Shown in pieces: positions 1 to 13,511 of a stretch of DNA of 64,000 nucleotides. The notes under the pieces were generated by a model. That model did no database searches. It worked only from the letters and a program-made list of their open reading frames with translations, and was not told where the DNA came from. The position numbers were made by a program, and so were the translations under genes. The stretch lies in the NCBI RefSeq assembly GCF_006345805.1, contig NC_042998.1:43524001-43588000 (forward strand). Reading direction: 5' to 3'. Source of the DNA: Octopus sinensis (taxonomy: Eukaryota). The first letter of the stretch is position 1. Every line of letters begins with the position of its first letter.

Positions 1-63
1 CCCTAAAATTTGCTTGTCCTGTGCGAAAATTACAAACAATTATTAATAACGCTATTTCTAAGT

Positions 64-285
64 CGGGGAGCTGGTAGAACCATTAGATCGTCGGCGAAAT
101 TGCTTTATTTTGTTCTTTTTATTTCCATTCTGAGCTAGGTTCTGGAAAGGTCAGCTTCACCTTTCCTTCCTATGGGGTTTGGTAAAACAAAGCACAGTAA
201 AGTACTGCGGTTTGATGTAATCAACTAACTTTCTACCCTTTGTAATCGCTGGCGTGGAACCTGAATCAGAAATCATTATTCATAG
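64..285 (+). mobile_element. Degenerate SINE family A copy
   Basis: Diverged match to the family A head (GGGGAGCTGGTAGAACCATTAG) and core seen in intact copies at 12321, 26746 and 63011. Confidence 0.55.
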
Positions 286-530
286 ATTATTACCCTTTCG
301 GTTTAAGTAGTCCCAGTAACTATAGTTGTTGAAATATGGGGGCAAAAAATCAAAAACAGAAGAGTCGGCAGTTTCTTATTGCATGGAATGGCGTTTATCT
401 GATGCCATTCAGTACAATGGATCACCGAGCTATAAAAGTCTGAGAACTACTATATTTGATTAATGCAAATGTAAAATATGCCTTAATTACGTGAAACAAT
501 GTAAGTAGCGAGCTATATTTCGCTATACCT

Positions 531-732
531 ATTTCTTTACTTCCCACAAAGGGCGACACACAGAGGGGACAAACAAGGACAGACAAGCGGATTAAGTCGA
601 TTATATCGACCCCAGTGCGTAACTGGTACTTATTTAATCGACCCCGAAATGATGAAAGGCAAAGTTGACCTCGGCGGAATTTGAACTCAGAACGTAGCGG
701 CAGACGAAATACTGCTAAGTATTTCGCCCGGC
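531..732 (-). mobile_element. SINE family A, 5'-truncated, with 13-bp TSD
   Basis: Reverse complement of the family A core and tail; flanked by TTTCGCTATACCT at 518-530 and 733-745. Confidence 0.9.
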
Positions 733-757
733 TTTCGCTATACCTTCAACATTCTAA

Positions 758-802
<45 letters not shown>

Positions 803-939
803 TCATAGAACAGGCGGAATATTTCATATTAAGTTCTTTTTTAAAAATTCTATGACATGGTTGATTATATAAGGAAATCTTGAGCTTTAGTTCAATGTTT
901 AAAGCGTGATTCGGATCGCGTAAAATGTGTCGTATTGCC

Positions 940-1145
940 GTGCCAGAATCATTTGCCCATTGGAAAATGCCTTGCAGTATTCTTTTCTGTTCTTACGTTC
1001 TTATTTCAAATCCCGCCAAAGTTATCCGTTACCTTCCATCCCTCCGGAGAGAATAAAATAAAGTACCAACCAATTACTGAAGTCTATGTTATCGGCTAAC
1101 TCCCAACCCCTAAAAATCGCTAGCCTTGTTCCTATTTTAGAAGCA
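940..1145 (+). mobile_element. Degenerate SINE family A copy
   Basis: Diverged head (GTGCCAGAATCATT), B-box-like TTCAAATCCC, and AAAGTACCA core. Confidence 0.55.
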
Positions 1146-1850
1146 ATTATTACAAAATTTTAATGAATGTACCAATGTAGTGAGACCTCACATATAATCA
1201 TGTACTGAGAATGTTCGGTTAACTAAGATTACCAAAGGAATCAGTAGCAAAACTCTCCATATAGTAGCGTTCAAAATCCAAACACTTGTAAGGGAGATAA
1301 CTCCAACAGAATGACAAACTCGTATAACAGCCAACCATTTTATTTGTATTTAAAAATCCGAAATGATTACATGCATATCGTTTACATATATCGTATCAAT
1401 ATTCACTGATCGAAAGATTATTCTGTGTATAAATGCCTTATGATGACGAAATGAACTTTTTTATGTGTGTATCATCCATTTTGATATTCGTATCATTCTC
1501 ATCAACAATGTTGCAGATGAAAGTGGATGAAGGAAATGGACAGTGTCGTATATATAACCTGGTCTACACAGAAGGAAAGGAATTTAGTTGTCATTCACTT
1601 TCTGTTACATTTAGTAAAGGGTGATGTTGACATAGCAATGAAGAAGAGCTTTAATTTCTGGTCAACTAACTAATGAATTTGCAAACAAATGTTGTTCTCG
1701 AAGAACTGCTTAAGAGACGATAATGGAAAAACTGGATGCGGGACGGAGGAAAATGTGCACACGAGAGGAGGCCCTGTCTCTGATTTGTGATCAGATCGTG
1801 AATTCACAGAAGAAGGTTAAAGCTAATATTATTAATTCATACAAGATAGC

Positions 1851-1955
1851 GAGATGGCAGAGTCGCTAGAGTCTTCATGTTCCGAGTGAAAATTCCGCTG
1901 AGGTCGACTTTGCATTTCATGTTTCGGGGTCGATAAAATAAGTTATCAGTTGAAC
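1851..1955 (+). mobile_element. SINE family A fragment
   Basis: AATTCCGCTGAGGTCGACTTTGCATTTCAT...GGGGTCGATAAAATAAG matches the family A core. Confidence 0.7.
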
Positions 1956-1979
1956 ACACACACAAACACACACACACAA

Positions 1980-2010
<31 letters not shown>

Positions 2011-2088
2011 CATTCACATCCACAACCATACTCACACAGGCTCACGCGCGCACACATACATATCTGTGTGTATATATATAAGTATATG

Positions 2089-2142
<54 letters not shown>

Positions 2143-2376
2143 CACATATATACATATATACATACACACATACGTATAACTATACACACATGCACATATA
2201 TACATAGATACAAACAGAGAGGAGGGCAAAAGTATGTATACAGTTGCTTAATATGAATGGAATATTCTTTCTATTTCTCTGTTTATTTTCTTAGGATAAG
2301 AATCCTTCGACACTGTTCGTTTTAACCAATTATTTATATAATAAAATGGTTATTCCTAATTTCAGATATTTAATAT

Positions 2377-2720
2377 ATGGCTTGAAATTTGACCAACGGT
2401 GAAAGAAAGTGGATCGTGAAGCAGTACTAGAAAACGGAATGCAAAAATGGTTAGACAGAAATGGATTGAAGAATTGCAAAGACCAGCACCGTGAGAATAG
2501 CAGTTTACAGAATACATGTCAAATTTGGGCAGACTGGGTCCATCTGGAATACACCGAAAATAGTTCGACCGGTGAATCTTACCACTGAAGAAAATAAAAT
2601 TCTTATGAATCAAGCATTCACTCAAAATCACCAGAAGTCAAATAAGGGGATTTCCAGTGAACTAGGCATCTCCCACAAATTCCCTTCGTCGACTTATGAA
2701 TCAATTACCTAAAAAAGAAG
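2377..2720 (+). pseudogene. Decayed Tc1/mariner-superfamily transposase N-terminus (DUF4817-like HTH)
   Basis: My translation MA*NLTNGERKWIVKQY*KTE...VYRIHVKFGQTGSIWNTPKIVRPVNLTTEENKILMNQAFTQNHQKSNKGISSELGIS resembles the paired-like HTH of this class; several in-frame stops. Confidence 0.7.
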
Positions 2721-3254
2721 TAAGAAAAATGAAAAGAACATTCCACATATGTCTAGCAACTGCATACTTAATTTTGACTAGCCTTATATATTTATATATG
2801 TAGTATTTATATATTTTTCTTGGCATTGTAATAATTGCTTATGTATGGTCGATGAAATATACATTATCTACAGATAGCAATGACTTACGGTAATTACAAT
2901 AAACGAATAATAATAAAAAGGCTAAAAGTTGAACTCATATATATGAGGTTTGATACGTTCATAATTTAATGTATGTCCAGCTCACACCCCAGTTCTTTTG
3001 ATTATAGTAGAGGGTTATTATTATATATTTTCTGTTCTATTCAAATACATACACATTCATCTATCTCCTCCCATCCGCCAATATATAATTTGGTTTATTA
3101 ATTTTATAAGTACTTCTGCAATACATACATGCATACATATATACCAATATTCTTTATGTCTTTTCATGTAGCCTATCGAGGGATCTTCCCTAGCCTTTCT
3201 GTAGAAATGGTATAGGTCTTGGTTCCGTTCAAAAGTCCACTGAATGTTCCCTTG

Positions 3255-3480
3255 ATAGTTCCGTGACCTGCGAAGGCTGACTCCGGGTTCTCATTTGTAC
3301 CCATCATCATAGCGGCGTTAGGTTATGTACCGACGAATTTGTACAAACATCTAGAAATATTCAGTTTCGCAGAGAAAGAGCAAAAGAAATTGATGCGGTT
3401 TCTCCAAATCCAATCAATCAGTGGCACAGAGAGGATTTGTAAGATATTCCAAAATTTCTCTATCAGAGATCCTTATGTGA
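3255..3480 (+). mobile_element. C-terminal fragment of an RLE-type (R4/Dong-like) non-LTR retrotransposon
   Basis: Frame reads FSFVPIIIAALGYVPTNLYKHLEIFSFAEKEQKKLMRFLQIQSISGTERICKIF, resembling the PIIIGALG...GT.KI end of RLE elements. Confidence 0.55.
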
Positions 3481-3729
3481 ATAGACGCACATTCTTGGGA
3501 GTAAGCATCGATAATTCAACCAAAATACCAACTCAACCCTTTATTTAAAAACACTGGGAACTCATTTAACTCAAAAAATCTTGTTGCTTTGTTAGCGACC
3601 GGTTTGAACTCAAGAGGAAATTAAATTAAACTCATAGAAAAATCAAATACATACATACATATGTATACACATAGTATCTATGTATATGTATATGTGTATG
3701 TATGTATGTCTATCTAAACACACACACAC

Positions 3730-3814
<85 letters not shown>

Positions 3815-3817
<3 letters not shown>

Positions 3818-5006
3818 GTGTTAGACAAAATAATGGAAAGCCCTTGAAGTTTCAAACAAATATATTTTCATATGGTGTAGGACCGCTTTTGGCAGTAATT
3901 GCAACTTGAATTCTACGAGGTATGGACCCGTACTAAGTTTGAATTTTTTCCAAAGGAATTTTTGTCCATTCTTCAGCTAAAGCAGTCTCCAGTTCTTGTA
4001 GTCGTGATAGTGGAGAATATCGACTTCTCACTTGTTTTTCTAAAAAGCACCATAAATATTCAATAATATTGAGATCTGGCGACTGTGGTGGCCAGATAAG
4101 ATACTCAACTTCACTACAATATTCCTTGTGCCTTTCAGTAACAACTTTAGCTGTGTGAATTGGTGCATTATCATCCTGAAACAGTTTCGCAACCACAGGA
4201 TGAATTTGATCAGATAAAATGCTTAAATAGCCTTGACTATTAATTCTGCCATGAAGGCGAGAGGATTTCCAAGATAGAGCCCCCCCTCCCCAAATCATCA
4301 GATCCTCCTCCATGTTTAAGAGTTGAAAGAAGTTAGTCTGGGTCAACTGCTTCTTTTGGCTGTCTCCATACGTGTACTCGGCCGGTGGTCGGAAATAAGG
4401 TAAAAGATGACACATGTAAGAAAATAACATTCTTCCACTGTTCTAGAGATCAATTCTGTAGGTTTTTATTGCACTCTAAATGCCTTGCAACATTTGTTTT
4501 TGAAAGTAGTGGTTTTCTGATTGCAGCCCTCCCGTGAAATCCGGCTTTGTGTCGCTCTCGTCGAACAGTTTTCATGGAAACCGGGTTCTCAAGGGGGGCC
4601 ATAAAGCTCTGCAGTAATTTTGAGAGCTATACTTTTGTGATCCTTTCTAACAATTCGTGTAAGAGTCTGACGGTCCCTATCTAAAAGTTTTGGTTTTCTT
4701 CCGGAGTTTTGTTTCAACGAGGAGGTTTTTTCCCTCTTTCTCAAAGGCTGTCATTACTTTCGAGACAGTACTTCTTGATATACCAAACAATTTGACCTCT
4801 TTGAAAGTCCGATAGATGTCATTTTAATGAATTTTAATTACCCTTTTCTGATGATATCTGAAAAGAAACAACAATTTTAGCAAAACATATTAAGCAACAC
4901 TAATAATAAATAAAAATCATAAAAATAATCAACCTTTTGATAGTTTTATAGATATTTATAAATTATGATGCTATGATACTAGGTAATTCCATTATTTTGT
5001 ACACTG
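3815..5006 (-). mobile_element. Near full-length decayed Tc1-like DNA transposon (transposase pseudogene about 4822 to 3870)
   Basis: TA then CAGGTGTTAGACAAAATAATGGAA at 3815; inverted TTCCATTATTTTGTACACTG ending at 5006; motifs SDFQRGQI, GRKPKL, FQDDNAPIH, WPPQSPDLNIIE, GPTPY; stops and frameshifts present; first catalytic D reads H. Confidence 0.92.
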
Positions 5007-5825
5007 TTATATAATTATATGAAATATGAAGGACAAATAACCAGGAAAAATATGATTAGAATCGAAAGTCTCATCGAATTTTTGATGCATTAAAGTTTCA
5101 TTGAATCTGCCAAAGTATAATACTGGTACTCATGTTATCGATAACAGAAGAATGAAAGACAAAGTAAACATCAATAAGTATTAAATGCAGAACTCTTGAA
5201 TTACTTAAGTACTGCAATGGATTTACCTTTTGCAACTCTGCCTTTTCTAAATCCCAAGTGATATTATGGAAATAAAACAGCTTCGTTAGTATTTTTTTAC
5301 GGTAAAATATGTTATATAAGGGAATGATATTGTTTGTTAGAGAAGTGAAACTACGGTTGGCGTGGAACATGAGTAAAATGCGTTTGTCCATATATTTTGC
5401 TTCTAGCGAAATACACTTTCGCTACCTGGAGATTCTCAAAGTGGAATAGTCTCGATAAATTTCGATTGTTTTTCTATTTTTAAACATTTTACTTATGTAG
5501 GAGGACATGTCTATCAGCGTGTAACCAATTTTAAGATACATATCGCTTGTTCTTTTAAACAGTTCTTAATATGAACATGTTTGAAGACTAGATTACTTCA
5601 GAATCAGAAAAAGGGGTATTAAAGGGAATAAGATGAATTGGTTTCATTTTTATTATTAGTTAGAAAAAATGTTTTATTTTTTTATTACTACTATTTTTGG
5701 TTATTTGTTACTCATCACTTTAATTTCATGCATTCTTTAAGCATCTTTGATGACACCCACACAGATGTACCATACACTTTTCTTAAAGTGACCGGTAAAT
5801 CTTAAATTTCGAAGGGAAACTCTAG

Positions 5826-6038
5826 ATAGGCGCAGGAGTGGCTGCGTGGTAAGTAGCTTGCTTACCAACCACATGGTTCCGGGTTCAGTCCCACTGCATG
5901 GCACCTTGGGTAAGTGTTTTCTACTATATCCTCGGGCTGACCAAAGTCTTGTGAGTGGATTTGGTAGATGGAAACTGAAAGAAGCCCGTCGTATATATGT
6001 ATATATATATATGTATATGTGTGCGCGTGTGTGTGTAC

Positions 6039-6075
<37 letters not shown>

Positions 6076-6240
6076 TGGGTGTGTGTGTGTGCCTGTGTCT
6101 GTGTTTGTCCTCCCCAACATCGCTTGACAACCGGTGCTAGGTTTACAAAGAACAAGTCCTGGGATCGATTTGCTCGACTAAAGGCGGTGCTCCAGCATGG
6201 CCGCAGTCAAATGACTGAAACAAGTAAAAGAGTAAAAGAG
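5826..6240 (+). mobile_element. tRNA-derived SINE family B with internal microsatellite
   Basis: A-box-like TGGCTGCGTGGTAAG, B-box-like GGTTCAGTCCC, internal (AT)/(GT) tract, GTAAAAGA tail; many copies in the window. Confidence 0.9.
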
Positions 6241-8614
6241 TATATATTGTTAATGAAGCTGAGGCCTTTAGTCTCTTCAGTTATCAATGGCAGAAGAAGC
6301 GGGAGACGACCGTCAGTGCAGCCAATTCTTGATGGTGGCAGCAGCATTGAAAGCATTCGAATCGCTTTCTTTTATATTACTTTTATATTACTTTCATTGC
6401 TAACGTACTTTTCATCTCTGCAGGGTAAGGAATTAACCGGTAAGAAATTGAAAGAGATTCGTCATGAAGTATTTATAGTTCTTCGTTTGAATTTCGACGT
6501 TACTTTTTTTTCTGGTAAACTGAATATACCGAAAGGTTGCATGAATATTTATACTTTTCCACAAGGCAGGAAAGTAGTCTCTTTGATCTTTTGACCTAGG
6601 CAATGACAATCCAGATATTGATCAGCTTATTGACAACATCCTTCTTCTTCAGAACCCACACGCATTGCAATAGTGATTTTACATTGTTTTTATTTCCACT
6701 GTAGAATGTACTAAGTGAATGTACCGCATTTTTTTTCTCTTTCCAATTTAGTATCCGTATTTATAGTTTTACTAGTATTTGCACTTGCCCTTTTACTGAG
6801 TATTCAGGTCCCTTAACACATTTCTAGTTTAGTGCGTAGATGCAATCTTTCAACGTCTGGATATGATTTCAGGTGTATTGCTATAACAAATTTTAAAATT
6901 AAAATCTCAAGTCAGTCCTAATCGAACAACTACATTATAAATTACATTTGTATATGTGTGATGGTATGGCTGAGTATATGTGTATGTGCATGTGTACAAT
7001 GTCTGTGTGTTTATGAAATATTTCTTTTTAATGACCAAATCGTAGGTTATTAGACTGGAGACAACTTGGGGGAAAATATGTATTAGAATCAGTTGGGCAG
7101 AAATGAGTATAGATCATCGACGGGGAGAGAGACCAATTCGAAACTAACTAAAGCTCACTAGCAACCAAAGCGTGTGTCAGGAAGACAAACTCTGCTTTGT
7201 GAGCCCAAAATACTGAAATATCAAAATAGAATTTACCCTACCCTCAATGGGTGTTATTTTGGAAGAGGTCGTATGAAAAGCAAGTCTGGTCATTGAAACT
7301 TGATTTACGTCTTTACGTCAAGTCATATTCTGTGAAGGCAACTGTGTTCGAGAAATATAAATAACGTGAATTCCATTCGTCCGTTGAGAAAATGTTAACT
7401 TTTGATAGACGAGCAACCATTGTTCGGATGTTTCTCCTTACATAGGCTGATAGATTGACATTATCACACTCACTGTATCTATTCTCACTTAGGAATGAGA
7501 AATATTTAGTTGATAAGAACATATTGAATCGGACAAACAGATGTTTTCTTTCATATTTATCTGATGTGGAATGCAACAGGCTAAGACTATGTCCATTTTC
7601 AGTCTCTTTTCTTATCGGTAAGAATAATCAGCGAACGTTTTGGAATGTACAAAACAATACATTGTTCAATTATTTATTATAATGAAATCGGTGTTTCAGC
7701 TATGTCGAGTCTTTATATTACTATTTTCATTGTTTCTTGTAGCTGTTTGTTATGTATAATGATGAACAGGAAGGAGGGAGGGAAAAGGAGAAACAAGAAA
7801 AAGAGGTGACTACCGATAAGTACGAAGCTAGGGCTGTGTGGAGAAGGTGGTGGAAGGGGGGAAGAATTAGAGGAATAATGAAATTAGAAGCCAAGTGGTT
7901 CGGCAAATATTTTAGAAGCACACACGAAGAACGATCGATCCTAGGAAACTTTCGAACTTCAACACTTATAAACCTGTCGTCAAAAGCTTGAAGATAGACC
8001 ACAGCGGATTCACTTATTCCGGAAACAATACACAAAATTTTCGATGATGCCTCAACAAACAGGTCATTTGATTCAGAGATATATAACTACATCAAACTTA
8101 AGATATTCAGAATGCTTTGGTCCCTTTATAATGTCCAGTATAGCAAAACAAAAAAGCTGTTTGTAGTGTGTTAAAATATTTTATTAGGGAATTAACATAA
8201 TTGGAAAATAAATTCTTAAAGCGTAAGAAACATTTCAGATAACTATGAAGGTTGGTGGAATTTAATATATTGTAGGGACTTCATTTATTAGGGTTGATCA
8301 CATATCTGTGCATGCATGCGCAGGCCTGAGCAATCTTGTTATTTTTCTTTTTCTTATGGTAGTCTGGCATGCTATTCTTCCTTCTTTAAGCTGGCGATGT
8401 TGTCCGATGAGGAGACTACTGTGACTATTACTGTGTTCGGACCAATGCGACTTGGCACCAGTGTAGTTGTAGTTATTGCTGCCAAAACGCAGAATCGGAA
8501 CATAAAGAATGAAAGGTAGAATTGAACTCTCAAAACTCGAAGTCAAGACGAAGAGAACGAGAAGAAATAATGTGAGTCTTTCTACCGAACGGGCTGACGG
8601 CTCTTCCACACACA

Positions 8615-8670
<56 letters not shown>

Positions 8671-10769
8671 CACATGCACACACACACACCCACGAAAAAT
8701 CATCTGCACACAAACACATATTCGCTTATATATACATGTATACATATATATGTGTGTGTGCGTGTATGTATGTACATACAAGAATATACGTATATAATAT
8801 ATATATATATAGCGTGTTGAATCCCATGAGTGGATTCCTTATGTGTTTAAATGTACAGTGTATTTTATGACTAATACATAGTCTTTGGACTAAATTTTTA
8901 CATGCTAGGCCACTGGAAATGAAAAATTTCTATCAATTTCCATTTCCCTTTGATATGATTATATATATATATATATATATTAGATTATCGATTTTGATAT
9001 TGTAGATTTGTATACATAGTCACGAAACGCGCGCGTCGTTTTAATGTGTATTTTTTTAATGTGTATTATTTAGTATAGAAATGTTCAGTACAATATTAAT
9101 AATAATGTCGTTTTAAAGCGTATTATTTGGTATAGAAATTTTTAGTACAATGTTAATAATAATATATTTAAATTTATATTTTATTATAGATAATATCTTT
9201 CATTATTAATTGAATTACTTTATGGAGGTTCTCTCTCTTAATTCTATGTGTGTGTGTGTGTGTGTGTGCGTGTGTGTGTGTGTGCATACATAGGTATATA
9301 TATATTTTGTTTATATGTGTGTGTGTGTGTATGTGTGTGTATACTTCTATAATCAGTAAATACATAACCAAATTTAAAATATTAAGTTGAGTATAATGTA
9401 AATTTCTATGTCATGGGATTCATAGAGCGTATATTGAAAAATATTTGCTTTGTAGATATACTACAACGTTTGCACTAGTTTACTGTTAAAAATTTCTCTG
9501 TTCACATTACAACCTGTTTATATAAACCGAAACTACCCAATTTCTATTACTTTTATTGGGGTCTTTCACAAAAATAGTTTTGCGAAGTACATTCTATCAA
9601 ATATTTACGAAACCTTAATTGAATGAAAACATTGTTATGAATGGTACAGTTTTATGTTATTTGGTCCTTGGTTAGATCTAATCAAGCAGTTATATGGTCA
9701 TAAGCGTTCTAACCGAGACGATCCTGTCTCAATATATCAGATATATTACATATGGTCTGATGTTTTTCTTTTTTCACAGACAAAAGGGTATGATTTTGTG
9801 GTAGGTCGGTTGCTACTTTTAGTACATCGAGGGACTACGTAGAGGCCCAATCATTAGCTCGTTAGATGCTATATTTATACATCAAACGCACATTGATAAA
9901 AAGCCTGCATTATCTCCTTAAAAACCACATGCATAAAAAGACACACTACTTTTCTTTCACGTACAAACGTAAAAAAATAAGTTTATTTCTCTCGCTATCT
10001 CTCTTCACTATCTCATTCTCTCTTTTTTTCTCCCTTTTCTTTTGCTCTTTCGTACAATGAAATACTGTAATTTTTCTTAGACTGCAATAATCACCAACCC
10101 CCCAAATTTCTTTAATTAGTGAAATCTTAATTGAACGGGTTATATATCAGAAGATTGCTTAGTATAAGTTTCCCAAACATCTGCTCAGGTTGGTATGATA
10201 TTTTGAGGCTTTGTATATCGTTGTACTGAGATCAAATAACAAATCGAATGTCATCAACATTGCTGTTATCTAAATTCAAAGAAAACAACATCTCTTATCT
10301 ATGAAGACAGAAATTTTGAAGCAACGCAAGTGTTTTAGCATTAGACAGAATGCTCTCTACCCTAAGTACTTTGACCCGTGGCATGTATCGAAAATGCTAA
10401 ACAGAAGCTAAAGTACTACGGTTTTTAAAATATCTTTGAAGTGTCTGTGTTGTCTGGTTAGTAGACTTACTGATTTCGGATTTAATATTAAAGAAAGCAG
10501 ATTCAATTGTAGATTAGCTTACTTTATTCACGTAGGATGCAACAAAAAACATTAACTGTGTGACATTTCAAAATTGCTCAGACATTACTGAGATATGTAG
10601 AGATATTTTGGGCAAACAGCTTACGTTTTATATACAGTATGCGTAAAAGGCTGGGGCTTGATACTGTATAAAAAATCTTCGCTTCTGTGTTGACTGTCTT
10701 CCAACGCTAATTTCTCGCTCTTTATTCTCATAAATACCTTATATCTTTTAAATCTCTTAGTTCTCTTTT

Positions 10770-10950
10770 TAGTTGTTTAACTCCAGATCAACTCTGATGG
10801 ACCAGAACTATCGTTAAAAGTATTGCTATCCACGACTATATCATCTTTTGTGCAGAATACCCGGGACTACATTATCGGTATGTATTATTTGAGGGAGATT
10901 TGACTGCCATTTCTAGTAAAACTGAGCCATTACGTGAAGTATCCCTCTTA
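10770..10950 (+). repeat. Old interspersed repeat (family D)
   Basis: GAGGGAGATTTGACTGCCATTTCTAG motif; reverse-complement similarity to 16890-17090. Confidence 0.45.
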
Positions 10951-11212
10951 TAATTTAATAAAATGGTAAAAGCTGTCGTAGTAAACCTTCCGGACAACTA
11001 TGCAGATCAGTGGTTTATATTTGTGATTGGTACTACTGTTTGTCCATCCACGGCCAAAAAACATGGATTTATATTTCAAAAGTATTTGTAATCTCGCTGG
11101 AGATAGTTTCAAGGTTCCTTGATATATATATTAACAACATTGTACAATGAATGAGCATTACAAATACTCAGTGTACTGAGCAAGGTTCCTAACGGGTTTG
11201 ATAAATACATTC

Positions 11213-11625
11213 GGATCTTTTCGGTTTGAACGGCAGTTTTTTCTAGCGGTGTCATACGAAATTGTCACCCATAATTATGACCCTAGTATCGATCTATTGC
11301 ATTTGAATCTGTTTTAGGGTTAGGGGTGGAGGAAGGGTATCTTTTTTTGTTCACAAATGTAAATAAACCCAATCTGTTTCTTAAACGAGGGACATATTCA
11401 TACGGCACAGAATGTTTTTTTTACCTCAATGGATGTCAGTGATTGGTTGAAATTGCAGAAATTGAAGAAAAAGAACAACAAATATCTTACAAACTATAGA
11501 ATTTTCTCAATAAAGCCATGAGAAAAAGATGTTTTATAAACACATTCTACCAGTATACGAAGTTTAAATTTTTTTTAGTTACCTAGAAATTATGTTAAAA
11601 ACTGCCGTTCAAACCTAAAAGATCC
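11213..11625. mobile_element. 413-bp non-autonomous DNA transposon (MITE) with 29-bp TIRs and 8-bp TSD
   Basis: TIR GGATCTTTTCGGTTTGAACGGCAGTTTTT and its inverse (1 mismatch); TSD ATACATTC at 11205-11212 and 11626-11633. Confidence 0.88.
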
Positions 11626-12320
11626 ATACATTCCATTAAATAAATTTTGTTGATACAATTGAAATTTCTCACTTGAAAATTGTCTGCAAAAACAGCGAAT
11701 AGGATTCGAATTTTCATTCTGTTTAAACTCAGTGCTTTCGTAGTGTAACAAATATGCCACAATCAGAAACGCTAACACGCATCATGTGAAGCGCCGACAC
11801 ATATCTCTCGTATGCATGTCAGCTCGTATTTGCGTACTAGTGCGTTAATAGTATTTTATCATTTAGGTCAAATGAAGTTGTTTATATGTGTTTACATGTT
11901 TATAAGAGTAACAGAGATGGAAAATAAAGTAACAATTTGATATGTTACTGCAGGTTATATTTACCTGCTCACTGTAGTTGTAGTTGTAGTTGTAGTTGTT
12001 GTTGTTGTTGTTGTTGTTATGTCTGCTACTGTTGCTGCTGCAACCGATGGCTTCCTAACATAAAAAAATCACAAAACCAGCACTATTAGATGAAATTTAA
12101 TACCGTCGAACACTGTTCCAATTTTCTGTCCTAAAGCGCTTCCAATGTTTCCTATACGTCATAGACGGTGTCAGGTCAGACATCTGATAACCAGAGATCT
12201 GCCACAGGTTATCATATAAACCAATACAACCTGTACATCGACGGGCTGTGGGTAACCAATCCGGTAAACGCATGAAGCTCGCTTGGCATGGAGGATAAAT
12301 TGTTAGAGTGCATACATAAT

Positions 12321-12533
12321 CCTTTTCTACTCTGGGCACAAGGCTCGAAATTTTTGGGGAGGGAGCCGGTCGATTAGATCGACCCCAGTACGCAACTAGT
12401 ACTTTATTTATCGACCCCGAAAGGATGAAAGGCAAAGTGGACCTCGGCGGAATTTGAACTCAGAACGTAGCGACAGACGAAATACTGCTGAGCATTTCAC
12501 CCAGCGTGCTAACGATTCTGCCAGCTCACCGCC
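12321..12533 (-). mobile_element. Full-length SINE family A monomer with 18-bp TSD
   Basis: Head, core and tail-2 present; TTAGAGT(G/C)CATACATAAT at 12303-12320 and 12534-12551. Confidence 0.92.
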
Positions 12534-12818
12534 TTAGAGTCCATACATAATTAAAAACAAATGTGTGCCTTGTTTGTATAAACACTTTTGTATTGCTACT
12601 TTAATGTAATTCCAATACTTTTTATTACACGTACACAATACTAAACGCTGATGCACATGTAGAGGAACATTCGCCAAAACACACTACTACAGAGACATGA
12701 CATTCTGATGCACATACACTTATAAAAGTTCATATATGTGTCTATGTAAGTGTATGAACATAACGTATATGCATATATATACGGATATGTATATGTATAT
12801 ACGTATATATACGCATAT

Positions 12819-12870
<52 letters not shown>

Positions 12871-12872
<2 letters not shown>

Positions 12873-13250
12873 TAGCAGTATCGCCCGGCGTTGCTCAGGT
12901 TTGTAAGGGAAATAACTATAAAGCATTTTTAGAGAGTTATAGCCAAAAAATAGCAAAAAAATGGGAAAAAATGATGGTAAATTTTTTTTGAGATTTAAAA
13001 AAGGTGGAGTTGCGTCCTCTAGACAGTTTGTGGTTCGTGTTTCTGATTGTCGACCCCATGTCGAATTTATCGATTTTTTTCAAAACTGGGGGAACTTTTC
13101 AAAATTTTCGCTGCGTTAGTTTTGAATTATGACATTGGGCTATGTGTGTGTCAAGTTTCATCAGAATCGGTTGAAAGCCGTGGTCAGGGTGAGGGTACAA
13201 GCAAACAGACACACAGAAACGCGCACAGACAAACTGCCGTTTATATAGAG
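12871..13250 (+). mobile_element. Non-autonomous Helitron/Helentron-type element (DINE/HINE-like)
   Basis: Begins ACTAGCAGTATCGCCCGGCGTTGCTC; 3' block AAGTTTCATCAGAATCGG...ACAGACA...TTTATATAGAG typical of this class (from memory). Confidence 0.6.
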
Positions 13251-13474
13251 AGAGATATGTATGTATATATGTCTGCATGTAGGCATGTATGTATGTATGT
13301 ATATATGTCTGCATGTAGGCATGTATGTATGTATGTATGTATGTTGTATGTATGTATGTATGTATGTATGTATGTATGTATGAATCTATGTATGTAGAGA
13401 GCCCACAGTCGCTTTAGTGACGTATATATATTTTTGCCTTTCGGTTGGAAAATTGCTAACAAGCCACCCTTATC

Positions 13475-13511
<37 letters not shown>

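Noticed and set aside
12176-12197. 22-mer resembling miR-9 on the - strand, or a near-complementary miR-9 site on +, within a small hairpin
   Set aside because: The seed differs, it is on the wrong arm for miR-9, and there is no miR-79-like partner; my rough estimate makes one such match across known miRNAs unsurprising
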